Of a DNA stretch of 55,852 nucleotides, positions 55,458-55,852 are shown piece after piece; position 1 is the first letter of the stretch; each line of letters begins with the position of its first letter. The notes below the pieces were generated by a model that was given only the letters and a program-made list of their open reading frames with translations, did no database searches and was not told the origin of the DNA. This DNA is from an uncultured Enterobacteriaceae bacterium (lineage in GTDB: Bacteria > Myxococcota_A > UBA9042). The DNA is taken from NCBI GenBank assembly GCA_964356325.1, contig CAYHHL010000008.1:342-56193 (forward strand), in the 5' to 3' direction. The translations under genes and the position numbers were made by a program.

Positions 55458-55852
55458 ATGCATCGGTCGTTTCCTCGTTGGATTGCCTTGTTGGCGTGCG
55501 CGGCCTGTTCGGCCCAACCCGCGAGCGAAGCGACGCTCGCCCCGGATGTCGCGACTGCCGCCGATGTCGCGCAAGGGGACGTCGCCACCCAGGTCGATAC
55601 GGCGCCCGAACTCGACACCGCCGCCGCGGCCGAAGTCTCAGAGCCCGACTTGATCGCCCCTGACATCGGTTCCGGTGCGACGGACGCCGAAGTGGTGGCC
55701 GACGTAGAGCCTGACACTGCGGTTGCCGACGATGTGGCCGTCGACGCCGGCGTCGACAGCGGCCCCGACGCGAAAACCTGCAAGCCCGGGGCGCAGATGT
55801 GCCAGGGCGCGCTGCTAGCCACCTGCGCGCCCAAGGGCGACGGCTACACGGT
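55458..55852 (+). CDS. Lipoprotein, 3'-truncated (acidic linker, start of Cys-rich repeat)
   Basis: MHRSFPRWIALLACAAC lipobox, D/A/V-rich linker, and CKPGAQMCQGALLATC. Runs off the window. Confidence 0.7.
   Translation, partial: MHRSFPRWIALLACAACSAQPASEATLAPDVATAADVAQGDVATQVDTAPELDTAAAAEVSEPDLIAPDIGSGATDAEVVADVEPDTAVADDVAVDAGVDSGPDAKTCKPGAQMCQGALLATCAPKGDGYT

Overview
High-GC genomic window whose gene content is typical of Myxococcota/'Deltaproteobacteria': giant Cys-rich and DxDxDG repeat surface proteins, a MYXO-CTERM-like tag, a Hanks kinase with a PEGA-like domain, and many lipoproteins. This lineage call is inference. About 34 CDS can be supported. Housekeeping or well-known families: RluA/D-type pseudouridine synthase, methylmalonyl-CoA mutase catalytic subunit, FAD oxidoreductase, VapBC-type toxin-antitoxin pair, L,D-transpeptidase, Ser/Thr kinase, RNase E and an NtrC-family regulator. 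No rRNA, tRNA, CRISPR array, transposase or integrase was recognised. The best candidates for novel biology are: (1) an orphan His-Xaa-Ser RiPP-like precursor with 16 tandem HxS motifs behind a highly structured ~140-nt leader; (2) a locus with a HemN-like radical SAM enzyme carrying a non-canonical CX7CX2C motif, a pair of paralogous membrane-anchored methyltransferases with a shared large insertion (one apparently dead), a GyrI-like protein and three CRTAC1/UnbV lipoproteins; (3) a ~2000-aa adhesin ORF built like a polyprotein, with an internal MYXO-CTERM, a second signal peptide and a beta-barrel; and (4) several apparent pseudo-enzymes, including a CCA-enzyme scaffold that keeps only its HD site. 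All family calls come from motif recognition by eye; no database searches were run.
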